The notes under the pieces were generated by a model. It worked only from the letters and a program-made list of their open reading frames with translations. It made no database searches and was not told the origin of the DNA. This document shows positions 47,073 through 60,256 of a stretch of DNA of 64,000 bases, one piece after another. The stretch comes from Squalus acanthias (lineage: Eukaryota), in NCBI GenBank assembly GCA_030390025.1, contig CM059438.1, forward strand, positions 8,184,001-8,248,000, written 5' to 3'. Position 1 is the stretch's first letter. Every line of letters begins with the position of its first letter. The translations under genes were made by a program, and so were the position numbers.

Positions 47073-49189
47073 CGCGAGTTCTTTCTCCTCAAGAAATTTA
47101 CGGCAAGGCTATTATTTTTTTTTTAAAGTGCTCCCCATAGATGTTCCTTCCCCTTTAAGAGGGTCAGGTGGAACATGTACTGTGAATTTAAATTATAGAA
47201 ATAGGCCAGCATTAGTCCGTCTGAAGAGCCTGCAGCATAAAGATAGATTTTACAAATTCGTGCTGCGACGAGAGTGCCTTTTGGGAATTCAGAGATAGAG
47301 GTTAGGGTGTCCCGCAGGATTTTGTGCCCATTCGCTTTAATAGTTGAGACAATCCGATGGGGCGCACAGACCCCTGAGCCCAAATTCCTGACGTGCACTT
47401 CTGGTGAGTGAAAAAAAAACATAGAACCATAGAAGAAACATAGAAAAATAGGAGCAGGAGTAGGCCATTCGGCCCTTCGAGCCTGCTCCGCCATTCAATA
47501 TGATCATAGCTGATCCTCTATCTCAACACCATATTCCCGCTCTCTCCCCCATACCCCTTGAAACTACCCCATTGAGTGTGGCAAATGGTAAAGAATGAGA
47601 AATCAGAGTGAGCGCTGCAAAACTGCACTTGGAAGAAACAGGCCTCCATTAATAGCCAGTAGGGAACATGTTTGCCTTCATTAAAAAATGTTACATTCCT
47701 AATAGCAGCGCAGACATGTGTACACTTCAGCAAAGTATCATCGGTAAATATGACAAATGGGTAGGAGGGCATGTGTGACTGAATTAATAGCAATCTCTTG
47801 TGAGATGTGTTTTTTTCTCCCACTTTGCGCTGCTGATCAGTGATTTAACTTCAGCGTGTTGGCGTAGCTTACTGATGACCTGTCTCTTTAAATGAATGTA
47901 GCTGGCTGTCGTTAGGACGCAACAGGACCAGTGAGTGTAACGGGGAGCAAGAGCCGAGCTGTTGCCAGGTGCTTCAGTCGAGGATCAACGACATGTTGTA
48001 GAACAGATTCTCTCAAGTCACGGGGGGTGGGGGGGAGAAATTCATCTTAATGAAAAATGGGAGAATCCCCCCCCCCCCCACTTTTCTTCATAGTTATCGA
48101 CAGGGATAAGAGGCTTTAGTTACTAGGAAAGATCAGAGAAACTGGGGCTCCTTTCATTATAACAAAGAAGGTTAACAGGAGATCTGATAGAGGTGTTCAA
48201 AGTTATGAAGAGGTTTGAGGTAAATAGTCGGCGAGTGAGTACTTAGAGGGCATGAGTTTAAGAAGCTTACCAAAAGAATAAAGGGGGCGGTTAGGAGGAT
48301 TTTGTTTTATGCAGGGGGTTGTTTGGATATGGAATGCCCTGCCAGAAACAATGGTGGAAGCAGAATCCAGAACCACTTTAAAAAAGGGGAGTGGAATATT
48401 TGAAACAATATTTGAAAATGCCCCTCCAACCCCCCTCAGGGGATCGAAACCAGTCCGGGAGATGACACGGACCGTGCGTTACCTATGAAGCCACTTACCT
48501 TCTGTATGATGTGATCTCTGCCCCAGTCAAGAACCGGTCCAGCTCCCTCTTGAAGGCCCGCAGAGAATGTCAGCACTCACCGCACCAGCCAGCCAGCAAT
48601 GTATTCCAAAGACTCACTACTCTCTGGGAAGTATCCAGTCTATTCCTACTCTTACATAGTTTTAAACATGTCCCCTGGTCGTCCCCAATCTGCTAAACTG
48701 GAATAATCTATCAAAATCTACCTGTGACAGTATTCCTGACAAATTATAGTCGCTTTCCGTCCATGAGGGATGCATTGTCTCCATAGATGCATCCAGGGAC
48801 ACAGCTATTGAACCAATAGATTCAGTAAGCCAGAAATGGTAAAGGATGGTTTGCCGCCTCTGTCACTGCTGCAAGGGATGTTAGAAAAACGAATATATCG
48901 CAAATGGTGTCTTAAGCAAAGAGGCAGGAATTTGAAAAATGACGGGATATTTCGGATAGACACATGCCCATGGGTGATCCCACCAAGGGACGGAGAGATG
49001 CTGTTCATGCAGAAGATGAGAGTGCTGTGTTTATAGTCACTGGCATTGGAAGGGCATGATCAATCAATGCCTGGCCCAACACTCCAAATGCTTTCCATCA
49101 GTCATAGTGTCACGCAGCATCTGCTTATTGAACCAAAAAGCAGTGCGCCGTAGTCCAATCCTCAAGACCAATTTGAGGCCGGCAATTTG

Positions 49190-49650
49190 AGTGTCAGCGT
49201 GGCTCAGTGGGTAGCACTCTCTCTCTCTCTCTCTCGCTTCTGGAATCAGAAGGTTAGTGGGTTCAAGTCCCACTCCAGCAACTTGAGCACATAAATCCAG
49301 GCTGACACTCCAGTGCGGTGCTGAGGGAGCGCTGCACTGTCGGAGGTGCCGTCTTTCGGATGAGACGTTAAACCGAGGTCCCCGTCTGCCCTCTCAGGTG
49401 AACGTAAAAGATCCCATGGCACTATTTCGAAGAAGAGCAGGGGAGTTCAACCCAACGTCCTGGCCAATATTTATCCCTCAATCAACATCACTAAAAAAAA
49501 CAGGTTATCTGGTCATTATCACATTGCTGCTTGAGCGACCTTGTTATGCACCAATTACAGCATTGACTACACTTCAAAAGTAATTCATTGGCTGTAAAGC
49601 ATTTTGGGACGTCCTGAGGGTAAAAATAATGAAAGGCAAGTCTTTCTTTT
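49190..49650 (+). mobile_element. SacSINE1/DeuSINE-like SINE with (CT)n expansion in the tRNA head
   Basis: Consensus head, body and tail; (CT)n at 49218-49235. Confidence 0.85.
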
Positions 49651-51288
49651 CCCCTTTCTTTATAATTCTAAGTCACTTGCAGCAATGTGCCTAGGAGTGG
49701 GCACGATGACATGAGCAAAGCAATATGAAGACAGTAGCTACATGCCTTCCACTGCACTAGAAAAATGAAATAAATAACGCATGGAAGGCATGTAAATATA
49801 ACGTTACTTTGATCGATAGACTGCCTTATTTCACAGATGTACCATATGCTTTAGAGAGACAAAACAATGCAGAATATGCCGTGCATCAAAGGGAAGGCAC
49901 ATCATGCAAGATATGTTGGCGGACTTTGGTGGAGGATGGTCTCTGCCTGCCATCCTTTAAAAAGCTCGCCTGTAAAATTGTGCTGTCAGTAAAGCACAGT
50001 AACAAACGTGACGCTCGGACGGGTTCAGCTGCAGTGATGCAAAGCTCGGGCCTTTTTATTCTCCATCATTAAGTAGCTGCTTATTCTGCAGACAAGTGCT
50101 GATGTTCCTGTCAGGCAAAGTTAGTGTCAGTCAGCTTTTACTGAAACACAGGCTGGCACAGGTGAAACCTGTCATCCTACAGAACTGCGCAGATAATTCT
50201 CCCCGTCGAATGAACACCATAGAGATAGGAAATGAGCACCAGTGTACGCGATCAGTATTCTTTTCTGTTGGAAGTTTTTTTTTAAATCATGTCACTTCTG
50301 CTTTCCATTTGTACTGAATGCCAAGATGGCAAATCAGGATAGGGTCATTTACATAAAGAGAACAGTGCCCATGCTTCTCTTGGCGATTCCTGAACATGCA
50401 CCCTGTGTGTGGCGGGTGGCGGGGGGGGCAGGGGGGGAAATATTGGGATGGATGGACCATTCCAGCCCAAGATTCAGAATTTCCAAAAATGTATTTTCAA
50501 AAGCCTTTTGTCTGCCATTTCTTTTTCCATTTTGACAAACTTGAATATTTAGGGCTCAAAATATGGGATCCTAACCCAATAAAAATCATTACAAATTACA
50601 TATTTCACAATAACAAGGCTAGCATTTCAAAGATATCATCTGGATTTTAAAACATGTGGCAAGATGACTCTTTAGAAGTTTTTCTGAGGAAACCATTTGG
50701 AGAGAAAACCTGATAAGGGTGTTTTTACTTCATAATAAAGGGCTCAGACTGCGAGACAAAGTGGATGATCAGAACAGGAGTCGAGCAAAAATTCTAGGAA
50801 TTTTTTTGGCGGGGGGGTGCAGGGTGTGGGATGGAGTAATAAAAACAACAACAACCAAACGAGCAATGTACCATCGTGGTGATAATAAAGCCGTGTGTGG
50901 TCACATACAGTGACGGGCCCCAACTCAATTTACACCCTTGCATTGTTTGTTTGTAAACAAAAGAACTTTGCCGAGCAATCTTCTAGTAAAGGCACGGGCT
51001 GGTCAGGCCGAGCGGCCTGGTTCTGTATATTCTACGTAATTCTATGTAAAGTTGTTCTTGTTGTAGTAAAGTGCCCCTTTGTGTGAGGCAGACTTCAACG
51101 CATTGTGCGGACACTGGAAGGCTTAGGCCGGGAAGCCACTCCCACTCCGCTGCCGTGACTTCGCTGGAAGGGCGAGTGCAACCGGGACTCCCACCACACA
51201 TTCCCCAACCATGATGGCGGCAGAACGGGGAGCAGCTCCCGAGGGAATTCCCGGTTTAAATAGTAAGCTATTTTAACACACGGTCATT

Positions 51289-51761
51289 AAAGAAAGAACG
51301 ACTTGCATTTATACAGCGCCTTTCACGACCACCGGACGTCTCAAAGTGCTTTACAGCCAATGAAGTACTTTTTGAAGGGTAGTCACTGTTGTAATGTGGG
51401 AAACGCAGCAGCCAATTTGCGCACAGCAAGCTCCCACAATCAGCAATGTGATAATGACCAGATAATGTTTTTTTTTATGTTAGTTGAGGGATAAATATTG
51501 GCCCCAGGACACCAGGGATAATGCCCCTGCTCTTCTTCGAAAGAGTGCCATGGGATCTTTTACATCCAACTGAGAGAGTAGACGGGGCCTCGGTTTAACA
51601 TCTCATCTGAAAGATGGCACCCCCGACAGTGCAGCGCTCCCTCAGCACTGCACTGGGAGTGTCAGCCTAGCTTTATGTACTCAAGTCTCTGGAGTGGGAC
51701 TTGAACCCACAACCATTCTGACTCAGAGGCAAGAGGGCTGCCCACTGAGCCACAACTGACA
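51289..51761 (-). mobile_element. SacSINE1/DeuSINE-like SINE, full length
   Basis: Reverse complement of consensus. Confidence 0.85.
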
Positions 51762-52425
51762 TTAGCCCATTGATATTACACAGCTAACCGCTGTTAAATA
51801 GCACACTAGGGACTCTTATATGAATGTGACAAAAGGAAATTAAAACCCTAGGAAACTGCTGGAAGTTTAATCACCATTGAACTACCAAGTCATTGCTAAC
51901 GAATGTTTAACAAGGTGCAAACTAAATCACAAAGTTATTGCACCTAAATCCATATTGGCAATAATTTCTCTCTTTTGTTCTGCCCTTACATGACCACAAA
52001 AAAGAACAATTTCTATTCCTTTGTATCACAAAATAAACTGTAATACAGTCCTGTGTACAAGAATCAGAATTCTCAAAGATCCAATCTCTGCGGCAGCAGA
52101 AGACAAATGCCTCGACTTCCATATTTTTAAACACAGCTTCTGAGGAGAAAACTATCTGGGAAATTAAACCTGAACAATAGAGAAATCGTGGGATGGAATT
52201 TGAATACCAGACCACAGAAGGAACTTGACCACTGCTGCCCTATTTCACTCCACAAAAGATTTAATCGAGTTAGACAACCTCAGAGCAACAAAAAAAACAC
52301 CAAACAGGCATTGCCGTAAACTAACGTAACATTAAAGAAAGAAAGGCTTGTGCAATTCTGCAAATCTTGAACCAATATAAATATGTCATCAAAAGATGGA
52401 TTCTATTTCCAAACTGTTCAACATA

Positions 52426-52813
52426 GGGAACGGTAGCATAGCGGTTATGTTACTGGACTAGTAATCCAGTAGGGCTGGACTAATGATCTGGCTTTGAACA
52501 TGAGTTCAAATCCCACCAGGGCAGTTGGTGGAATTTGAATTCAGTTAATTAAATAAATCTGGAATAAAAAGCTAGTGTCAGTAACGGTGACCACGAAACT
52601 ATCGGATTGTTCACTAATGTCCTTTAGGGAAAGAAATCTGCTGTCCTTACCTGGTCTGGCTGAAATGTGATTCCAGACCCACAGCAATGTGCTTGATTCT
52701 TAACTGCCCTCTGAAATGGCTGAGCAAGCCAATCAGTTGTCCCACTACAAAGAACAGTGGTTTAAGAAGGTGGCTCACCACCACCATCCCATGAACGAAT
52801 AAGTTAAAAAAAA
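52426..52813 (+). mobile_element. tRNA-headed SINE sharing both ends with the LINE at 11810-15654
   Basis: A box TAGCATAGCGG, B box GTTCAAATCC; 52426-52740 matches 15654-15340 (minus); 52755-52802 matches the LINE ORF end and 3' UTR. Confidence 0.85.
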
Positions 52814-53405
52814 CTCTGAGAATGTTAACCTGTGCCCCATCACTGTGGTATTAGCTCTGTGATATTAGTGTACTAGCTCTCAACACATTTGTATGCAATC
52901 CCTTTGGTCACTATTTGACCAGAAGATTAAACCCTTTTATTCTTAAGGTATTGGTTAAAATAGCGCAGAAAGGAATTGCATAAGAATGCACATAAAGGTT
53001 GTTGCGCTATTATTCACTGCGCGTAATTTCAAGGTCAAAGATCTTACAGAAACTAGGTGCAAGCCAGTCTCTGTGAATGGAAAACCTACTGAACAAACGG
53101 CTATTGCTAACAAAGAACTTCCAAATCCATCAAAAACAAAATCAGATCCAAGGATTCATTAATTCTCTCCACAATTACACTGTCAAGTTACTTTTATCAA
53201 TATCTAATGAAACAATGAAACCAGGAAGCTTGTGATTTTGTTTGTAATTAATCAACTGAGCAGTTTATGAAATAGCCCTAGCATTGCTACCCTTTCTGAA
53301 ACCTACCTAGGCAGATTAGATCAGTTGATCCAACAAAGATTGCCTGTTATAACTGATGTTTAACACTGAAATTAAGCATAAGTTGGAAGTGATGGAAAAA
53401 TCTTT

Positions 53406-53926
53406 GGCCGGAATTTTCAGGGGCAAGAGCAGGTGGGTTGGAGGCGTGGGGGGGGGAAGTGAAAGTTGAAAAAATGTGAACCCCGACCCCAGCCCGCCCA
53501 CTTTCACCTTTCACTCAGGTGGGGCGGAGGGGCGGGTTGGCAATTTGAATATTATAATGAGGCCTGAAGCCTCTACTTTAACCTGCTGTGCAGGTTTTAC
53601 TGCAGGCGGCCGGGGATCCCGGGGCTCGGGATTCCCGGTGGCTGCAACGAGGCGGCCTCAGCCTCGGAGAGCAATCCTTGCGGGCCGGGAGGAGCAAGAG
53701 TGCTTCATCCCAGCCCCCCGAGCTCCCCCACCATCAGCCTGAATCTCCTCGGGCCCAGGGTCAGAGCCCCTGGGACCTGAATCCCCGGGATCGGACCCGG
53801 CACACTGTGGAATTAAAACTCCACAGCGGGCCAGGAAACCCGACCTTCCGGGTTTCCCGCCGTCTCCCGGGTCCCACCCCACCCCCTCCCCGCACCATGC
53901 GGGGTGGACCCGGTAAAATCCAGCCC
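53406..53926. mobile_element. Harbinger-like MITE, TSD TTT
   Basis: Ends GGCCGGAATTTT / AAAATCCAGCCC; TTT on both flanks. Confidence 0.7.
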
Positions 53927-54760
53927 TTTGTCCTTGTAATGAATAAGATTTCCACCTCACCACACTGAAATGGATCTAATCAAAGCCACAAAACACATCC
54001 TCTGTGACTGTGACCATGGTGTATTTTCCCCTTGGCCCTTCTCGATCTCTCTGCAGCCTTTGACACGATCTACTACACCATCCTCCTCCAATGGCTCTCC
54101 TCCATTTTCCCGCAGAGCGAGATACCCTCCCCTTGGTTTCACTCCTACCTATCCAATTGTAGCCAGAGAAACTCCAGCAATGGCTTCTCTTCCCGCTCTC
54201 ACATTGTACCTCTGGGGACACGAAAGATCTGTCCTTGGCCCCCTCTTCTTCCTCATCTGGATGCTACCTGCTTGTCTGACGTCCAATCCTGGATAAGCCA
54301 CCATTTCTTCCAGTTAAATGTTGAGAAGACCGAACATACAGGGCTGGATTTTGATGTGCAGGAGCGCATGGGTTTGGGAGTGGGTGGGGCGGGGTTAAAA
54401 CCGGCAAAATTGACAGCACGTTTGGAAGCCGGCGCCAACACTGCAGCAGGGGAGCAACGCCCCTCGGGAGAGGCGGGTTGCCAAAAACATACGTTAATCG
54501 TTCAATTCGAGCGATACTGATACTGTGCCCCGGGCTTCCTGGAACTCACCAGTGAAAGCAAGGCGAGTGCACAGCAGCAATTGAGGGGGCTGAAGCAATC
54601 GCAGGGAAATAAGCCAATAAATACTCAATACTCACAGCTGCTTTCTTACCTGCTTGTGGGAAAGGGTTTGCTCACAGTACTTTTGGTGAGAGGTTTCTTC
54701 TACACTTTGGAGGTGTCCTCTACACTTTGGAGGTGTGGCGGTCTGATCTATCAGATCAGG

Positions 54761-55500
54761 ATGGGTGCTGCTTATGCTGCCTTAGATTGGACCTCAGATG
54801 AGGACCAAGATGACAGCCTGCTGGCCACAGACCTGTAGCTCCACAGGAGGGAGGGGAGCAGCAGAGAGGTGCAGCTCACAGGAGGCCATACCCGGCACAC
54901 AGGGTCTACAGGCAGAGGATAAGCTTCCTCGACATGTCTGAACACCAGTGTCTCAGGAGGCTCAGGGTGTCTTGTCAAGTGGTGGCAGACATTTGCAACC
55001 TGCTGGAACAAGACCTGATCCCAGCTGGACTTGGTGGCCATGGTTTACCAGTGGTTGTCAAAGTCACCACCGCCCTCAACCTTTTTGCCTCTGGATCGTT
55101 CCAGGGCTCTGCCGGAGACATTTGCAGGATCTCCCAATCAGCGGCACACAAATGCATAAGACAGGTGACTGATGGCTTGTTTGCCAGGGCCGCCAATGAT
55201 GTCAACTTTGCCTGCGACGACGCCAGACAGAATGAACGGGTGCTTGGGCTTGTGGCTCTGGCTGGCTTCCCACAGGTGCAGGGCATCATCTACTGCACAC
55301 ATGTGGCAATTAAAGCACCCATAGATCACCCAGGAGTGTACGTCAACCGCAAGGGCTTCCACTCCATCAAATGTGCAGCTGGTGTGCAAGCACAAAAAGA
55401 TCTTTGTGCAGGTGCGCGCAAGATTCCCAGGCAGCTGCCATGATGCTTTCATCCTGCGGCAGTCCACCCTCCCAAACGTCTTCACACCTGGAAGCAGGGT
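54761..55500 (+). pseudogene. Harbinger transposase pseudogene
   Basis: MSEHQCLRRLR...VKVTTALNLFASGSFQ...AGFPQVQGIIYCTH (catalytic D>Y), NRKGFHSI then frameshift, [13 protein letters not shown], then truncated. Confidence 0.88.
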
Positions 55501-57316
55501 GCTTCTACGTGGTGCAACCCCTGTGACTTGAGCAGAGGTTGAGGCAGGCTGCTCACATCCCTGCTCTGACTGTTGAGATGCTCTTGGTCGACGTCCTTTG
55601 GGTTTTTGAACCCGTGGGGGCCCCGCCAAAGACTGCTCCACCTATACCTGTGCAGGGGCAGACTTGGCCATTCGGACATGAGGCGGCATGTGGGGTACTG
55701 ACTGCAGGGGGTGGAGGGAGGGGAGGAATGGGTGAGAAGTGAAAGCTTGACTCTGCTTTGAGCAGAGTCCCCACTTCCGTGTCCCCTTTCACCATCATCC
55801 CTCTCATGGCCCAGCCGCACTTCCCTGCTACCACTGAGCTGGAGAACACGTTGCTGCAGATCAGTGGGGCGCTGCAAGGTCAAGGCTAGGGTATCGTTCA
55901 TCCTATTTAAGGTGGCATCCAGAGTGTGCGAGCGATTGTTGAAGGCCTGCAGGCACTCGTTCGATTGCCGCGTTTGATGCTCCCTGCAGTTGGCCACTCT
56001 ATCCATGGAAAAAGACATCATCCCAATGGCCTGCAACAGCTTCCCACTCATGCTTGAGGTGCACTCCTCCAATCTCTCTGCTATCGTGGACAGTGTGCTT
56101 GGAACGCCTGCCAGTACATCGCACATTCTCTGCTGCTGCTCAATAATTATCCTCTTCAACGACAGCTCCTAGGATACAGCATCTGCGTCCAGCTGAGCAG
56201 AGCTTGGAGAGGCCGTCGCCCTCCGACGCGGACTCTCCACTGCTGTCCCTGACTCCACCATCTGCTCTTGCTCACTTGTGAAAGTGTGAGTCACCAGGTG
56301 AAAACCCAACTATCTCTGTAACAGGTCCCACCGAAGTGCAATTAACTGAGCTGGTGCATGGTCTGCATGAGTCCTGTGACGGGGCACCCTCAGAGGGATT
56401 GGGCTCCTCTGAGGAGTCGGCGGCGGCGGTGGCAACCTCAGCCAACTCCTGCTGGACGCGTGAAGGCCCTCTGGGAGATAAAAGACATGAATGAGTACTG
56501 TCAAGGTAAGAATTTTGGAAGTTATCATTATGATCATATTTCACTCGCTGTTGACATCAAGTCAACATGACTGAGTGTTGTATGCCATGTGGCTGTCTGA
56601 TATTGAATTCTGTCACCAGGTAGCTGGGAGGCCCCATCTCCCCATCACTAACGGCCAGGTTCGCAGAGACTCAGCTGATCTCCAGTGCCTCCTCCTCTGC
56701 AGCTGGTAATTGCCAAATGGCTGGAGGGCCATCTCCGGTTCTCCGCCTCTCCCTGGTGTTCCCTGCTCTCTTCTCCTGCAAGGAGGGAAAATAGAGACTT
56801 ATGAGTGAGAGGAATGGAATGTGTTCACCCGATGGATGGAGAGCATTTGGTGATGGTGACTATGAGGGAGAGGCATGACATTGCGTAAGGATCAGGGTGG
56901 AGTGTCAGTGGGAGATGGATTGATGGGGATATGAGGAAGTACATAGTCAGAGCGGGATGGGTGCCCCTGCAAAGTAAGTTGGTGTGAGGAGTGATGTGCT
57001 GCAGTAGGCTTGAGAAGGCAGAGTGAGGTGGGGTTGGGATGATACGCACATCTGGATGTAGGTGAATGTGCCTCTGTACTCACCTTTCCTGGCCTGGTTA
57101 GGTCATTAAACCGCTTCCTGCATTGGATCCAGAAGCATGGTACTACGCTCCTGCAACTGACCTCTTCTGCCACCTCCAACCATGCCTTCTTGGTTTTCCC
57201 AGCAGGCTCCCGTTGGTAGGGAAGAGTAACTCCCTCCGGGTCCTCACAGCCCCCAGCAGCACATCCAGGAAGGCGTCCGTGAAGCAGGGTGCAGCCTTTG
57301 AATGTCTGGTCTCCAT
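55500..57316 (-). pseudogene. Harbinger Myb/SANT-like gene pseudogene (3 exons)
   Basis: METRHSKAAPCFTDAFLDVLLGAV / WLEVAEEV..QCRKRFNDLTRPGK|GTGAGT (57084); exon 2 EKRAGNTRERRRTG; exon 3 coiled-coil plus GPPR..PKGR..PASTSA..RRS tail; frameshifts present. Confidence 0.8.
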
Positions 57317-57769
57317 TTCTGAACTTCCTCCTCTCTTCTTCCCAACTCCAACTTGTAAGTTTTGATTACACCATTTAAGTACTGGAGTTGAGATCACGTC
57401 ATATGGGTTCACCCACGTCCGCTGCCACTGATGGGACGGGAAACACGGAAATAAAATGCTAATGAACTGGCTGCATTAAAAAGCCACTGACAGACGCACT
57501 TAACATATTTCCGGGTTTCCCACGCGCTATCGAGCCCCCCCACCACCCCCCCCCTCGCTCCCTGCGTGTCTGCACATTAAAATCCAACCCGTTGTCTTCG
57601 ATTCTCCACCACAAACTCCGCACTCTCGCCACGGTTTCCATCTCGCTCGCCGGCTATTGTCTCAGGTTGAAGCTGACTGTTTGCAACCTCGGTGTCCTAC
57701 TTGACCACAAGCTGAGCTTCCAACCCCCTATCCTCTCCATCAAAAAACACCGCCTACTTCCACCTTATA

Positions 57770-58156
57770 TAAACATATAAAATTCTGACAGGTCTGGACA
57801 AACTAGATGCAGGAAGAATGTTCCCGATGGTCGGAGAGTCCAGAACCAGGGGTCATAATCTAAGGATAAGGGGTAAGCCATTTAGGACAGAAATGAGGAA
57901 GAATTTCTTCACCCAGAGAGTGGTGAACCTGTGGAATTCTCTACCACAGAAGGTAGTTGAGGCCAAGTCATTAAATATATTCAAGAATGAGTTAGATATA
58001 TTTCTTAAAGCTAAAGGTATCAAGGGATATGGGGAGAAGGCAGGTACAGGGTACTGAGTTTGGATGATCAGCCATGATCTCATCGAATGGCGGAGCAGGC
58101 TCGAGGGGCCGAATGGCCTACTCCTGCTCCTATCTTCTATGTTTCTATGTTTCTAT
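57770..58156 (+). mobile_element. CR1 LINE 3' fragment
   Basis: MFPMVGESRTRGHNLRIRG..MRKNFFTQRVVNLWNSLP; (TTCTATGT)n tail. Confidence 0.9.
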
Positions 58157-59412
58157 AATAATTGCCCATCTCCACCCCGCCTCAGCCCATCTGCTGTTGA
58201 AACACTCACCAACGCTTTTGTCACCTCAAGGCTCAGCTATTCTAATGCTCTCCGAGCCGGCATCCCATCCTCAGCCCTCCATAAACCTCGGTTCATCCAA
58301 AACTCTGCTGCCTGTATCCTAACCCACACTGTCCCATACTCATCTCTCCTGTGCTCACTGGCCTACATTGGCTCCCGTTCCCCCTAACGCCTCAAAGTTA
58401 AAATTCTCATCCTCATGTTGAAATCCCACCCTGGCCTCACCCCCTCCCTATCTCTGTAACCTCCAGCCCTACAACCCTCCAAGAAATTTGCGCTCCTCCA
58501 TCTCTGGCCTCTGACGCCTCCCCCACTCCCTTCACCCCCACCACTGGCAGCTCTGCCTTCAGCCACCTCGGCCTCAAACACTGGAATTCTCTCCCTAGAC
58601 ATTTCCACTTCGCTCCTTTAAGACTTTCCTTAAAACCTACTCTTTTGACCAAGCATTTAGTAGCTCCTCCTAATGTCTCCTTCCTTGTCTTGGTGTCAGT
58701 TTTTGTCTGATTAGGCTGCTGTGAAGCGCCTTGAGACGTTTTCCTTTGTTAAAGGCACTGTAAGTTCTTGTTGAATAACTGTTGAAACTGTGGTTTGAGC
58801 TGGTGCCGGTAGCACTCTGGATTTAACAAATATGATAAATATCCCCTCGTGAAAGATCTATATACCTCTACAGTGAGCCTATCGTCACCCTGGGATTCAG
58901 AAAACACAAGTCATTAAACGCCTCCAAACATCGGCACAATTAGCAGACCTATTCAAAAGGTGATTGATTGGATTTTTTAATCATAGTAATCACAACAGAA
59001 TGCAGAAAAAATATCCATCGTCTGAAGTATGATGATCTACACTGAGCTCCGAACCCATAATCCAAGTTTAGCATTCAAATTGACTGTTGCTGGTTTCAGT
59101 TAATTGACCTCATTAACACTGCTGTGCGATTCCATTTGGAAAACAAATAACTGTGCACCCTCTTGTCTCTCTCAATCTGCCATCATCAATTATACAAATG
59201 GAAGGAACGACGGCAATCACGGACAGGCAAAAAGACCCACTTGTCCATCCAGCCTGTCCCACACAACTGTGATGCATTGTGCATCACAATCTATACACCC
59301 TCCTCCCCACCCGAAAACCATGTGATCTTGTGCATTACATTCTTATCTCAGAATGGGATTTCACATTCAGGACAGTCAGTAGCCTGATTGTCCAGGCCAT
59401 GTATCTTCACTC

Positions 59413-59706
59413 ATAAGAATATAAGAACATAAGAAATAGGAGCAGGAGGAGGCCATTCGGCCCTTCGAGCCTGCTCCGCCATTCAATAAGATCATGGCTG
59501 ATCTTCTACCTCAACTCCACCTTCCCGCACTATCCCCATATCCCTTGATTCCCTTAATCTCCAAAAATCTATCGATCTCTGTCTTGAATATGCTCAACGA
59601 CTGAGCATCCACAGCCCTCTGGGGTAGAGAATTCCAAAGATTCACCACCCTCTGAGTGAAGAAATTTCTCTTCATCTCAGTCCTAAATGGCCGACCCCTT
59701 ATTCTC
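59413..59706 (-). mobile_element. CR1 LINE 3' fragment
   Basis: RIRGRPFRTEMKRNFFTQRVVNLWNSLP; (CATAAGAA)n on plus. Confidence 0.9.
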
Positions 59707-59920
59707 AAAGGCAGCAAGCCCTCCACACACTAATTTTACCAAGGACCACTATGAATACCTCGAACATTGCACGAGGCACCTTGTATCGGTGGTATAGCAA
59801 CCAACAGAGAGAACATCCACAGGTACATAGCAACGGGTGATTGGTACATGGATTCAATAGAAGTGGGGGAGGGGAGAAAGGATTTTGAAATACACGAAGT
59901 AGGCACATTTCGAATCTTTG

Positions 59921-60172
59921 GAATCCGGCCTCGGGTGACTGCCTGTGTGGAGTTTGCACATTCTCCCCGTGTCTGCGTGGGTTTCCTCCGGGTGCTCCGG
60001 TTTCCTCCCACAGTCCAAAGATGTGCGGGTTAGGTTGATTTGGCTATGATAAATTGACCCTTAGTGTTAGGGGGGATTAAATACGTGGGGTTACGGGGAT
60101 CGAGTGGGATATGTGTCGGTGCAGGCTCAATGGGCCGAAATGGCCTCTATCTGCACTGTGGTGATTCTGTGA
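59921..60172 (+). mobile_element. HE1-like V-SINE, 5' truncated
   Basis: V domain and CR1-like tail; matches 45222-45480. Confidence 0.85.
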
Positions 60173-60256
60173 TATCAAACTGGAAAGTAATGACAATGCT
60201 TCACTAGCAAAGGAACAAAACAAAACCCACACTATATAAAAAAAACTAAATCAACA

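Larger units (their letters stand above)
54341..57590. mobile_element. Decayed two-gene PIF/Harbinger transposon (third family)
   Basis: TIRs GGGCTGGATTTTGATGTGCA / TGCACATTAAAATCCAACCC; transposase on plus and 3-exon Myb gene on minus; central deletion at ~55500. Confidence 0.9.
53950..58770 (+). mobile_element. L2 LINE remnant split by Harbinger (54341-57590) and CR1 (57770-58156)
   Basis: LLDLSAAFDTI, SVLGPLFF, CLSDVQSWI...QLNVEKTE | VCNLGVLLD..LSF | LTNAFVTSRLSYSNAL...IQNSAA; L2 3' end at ~58750. Confidence 0.85.

Noticed and set aside
54700-54737. 20-bp tandem duplication tctacactttggaggtgt
   Set aside because: Ordinary slippage event in a dead transposon.
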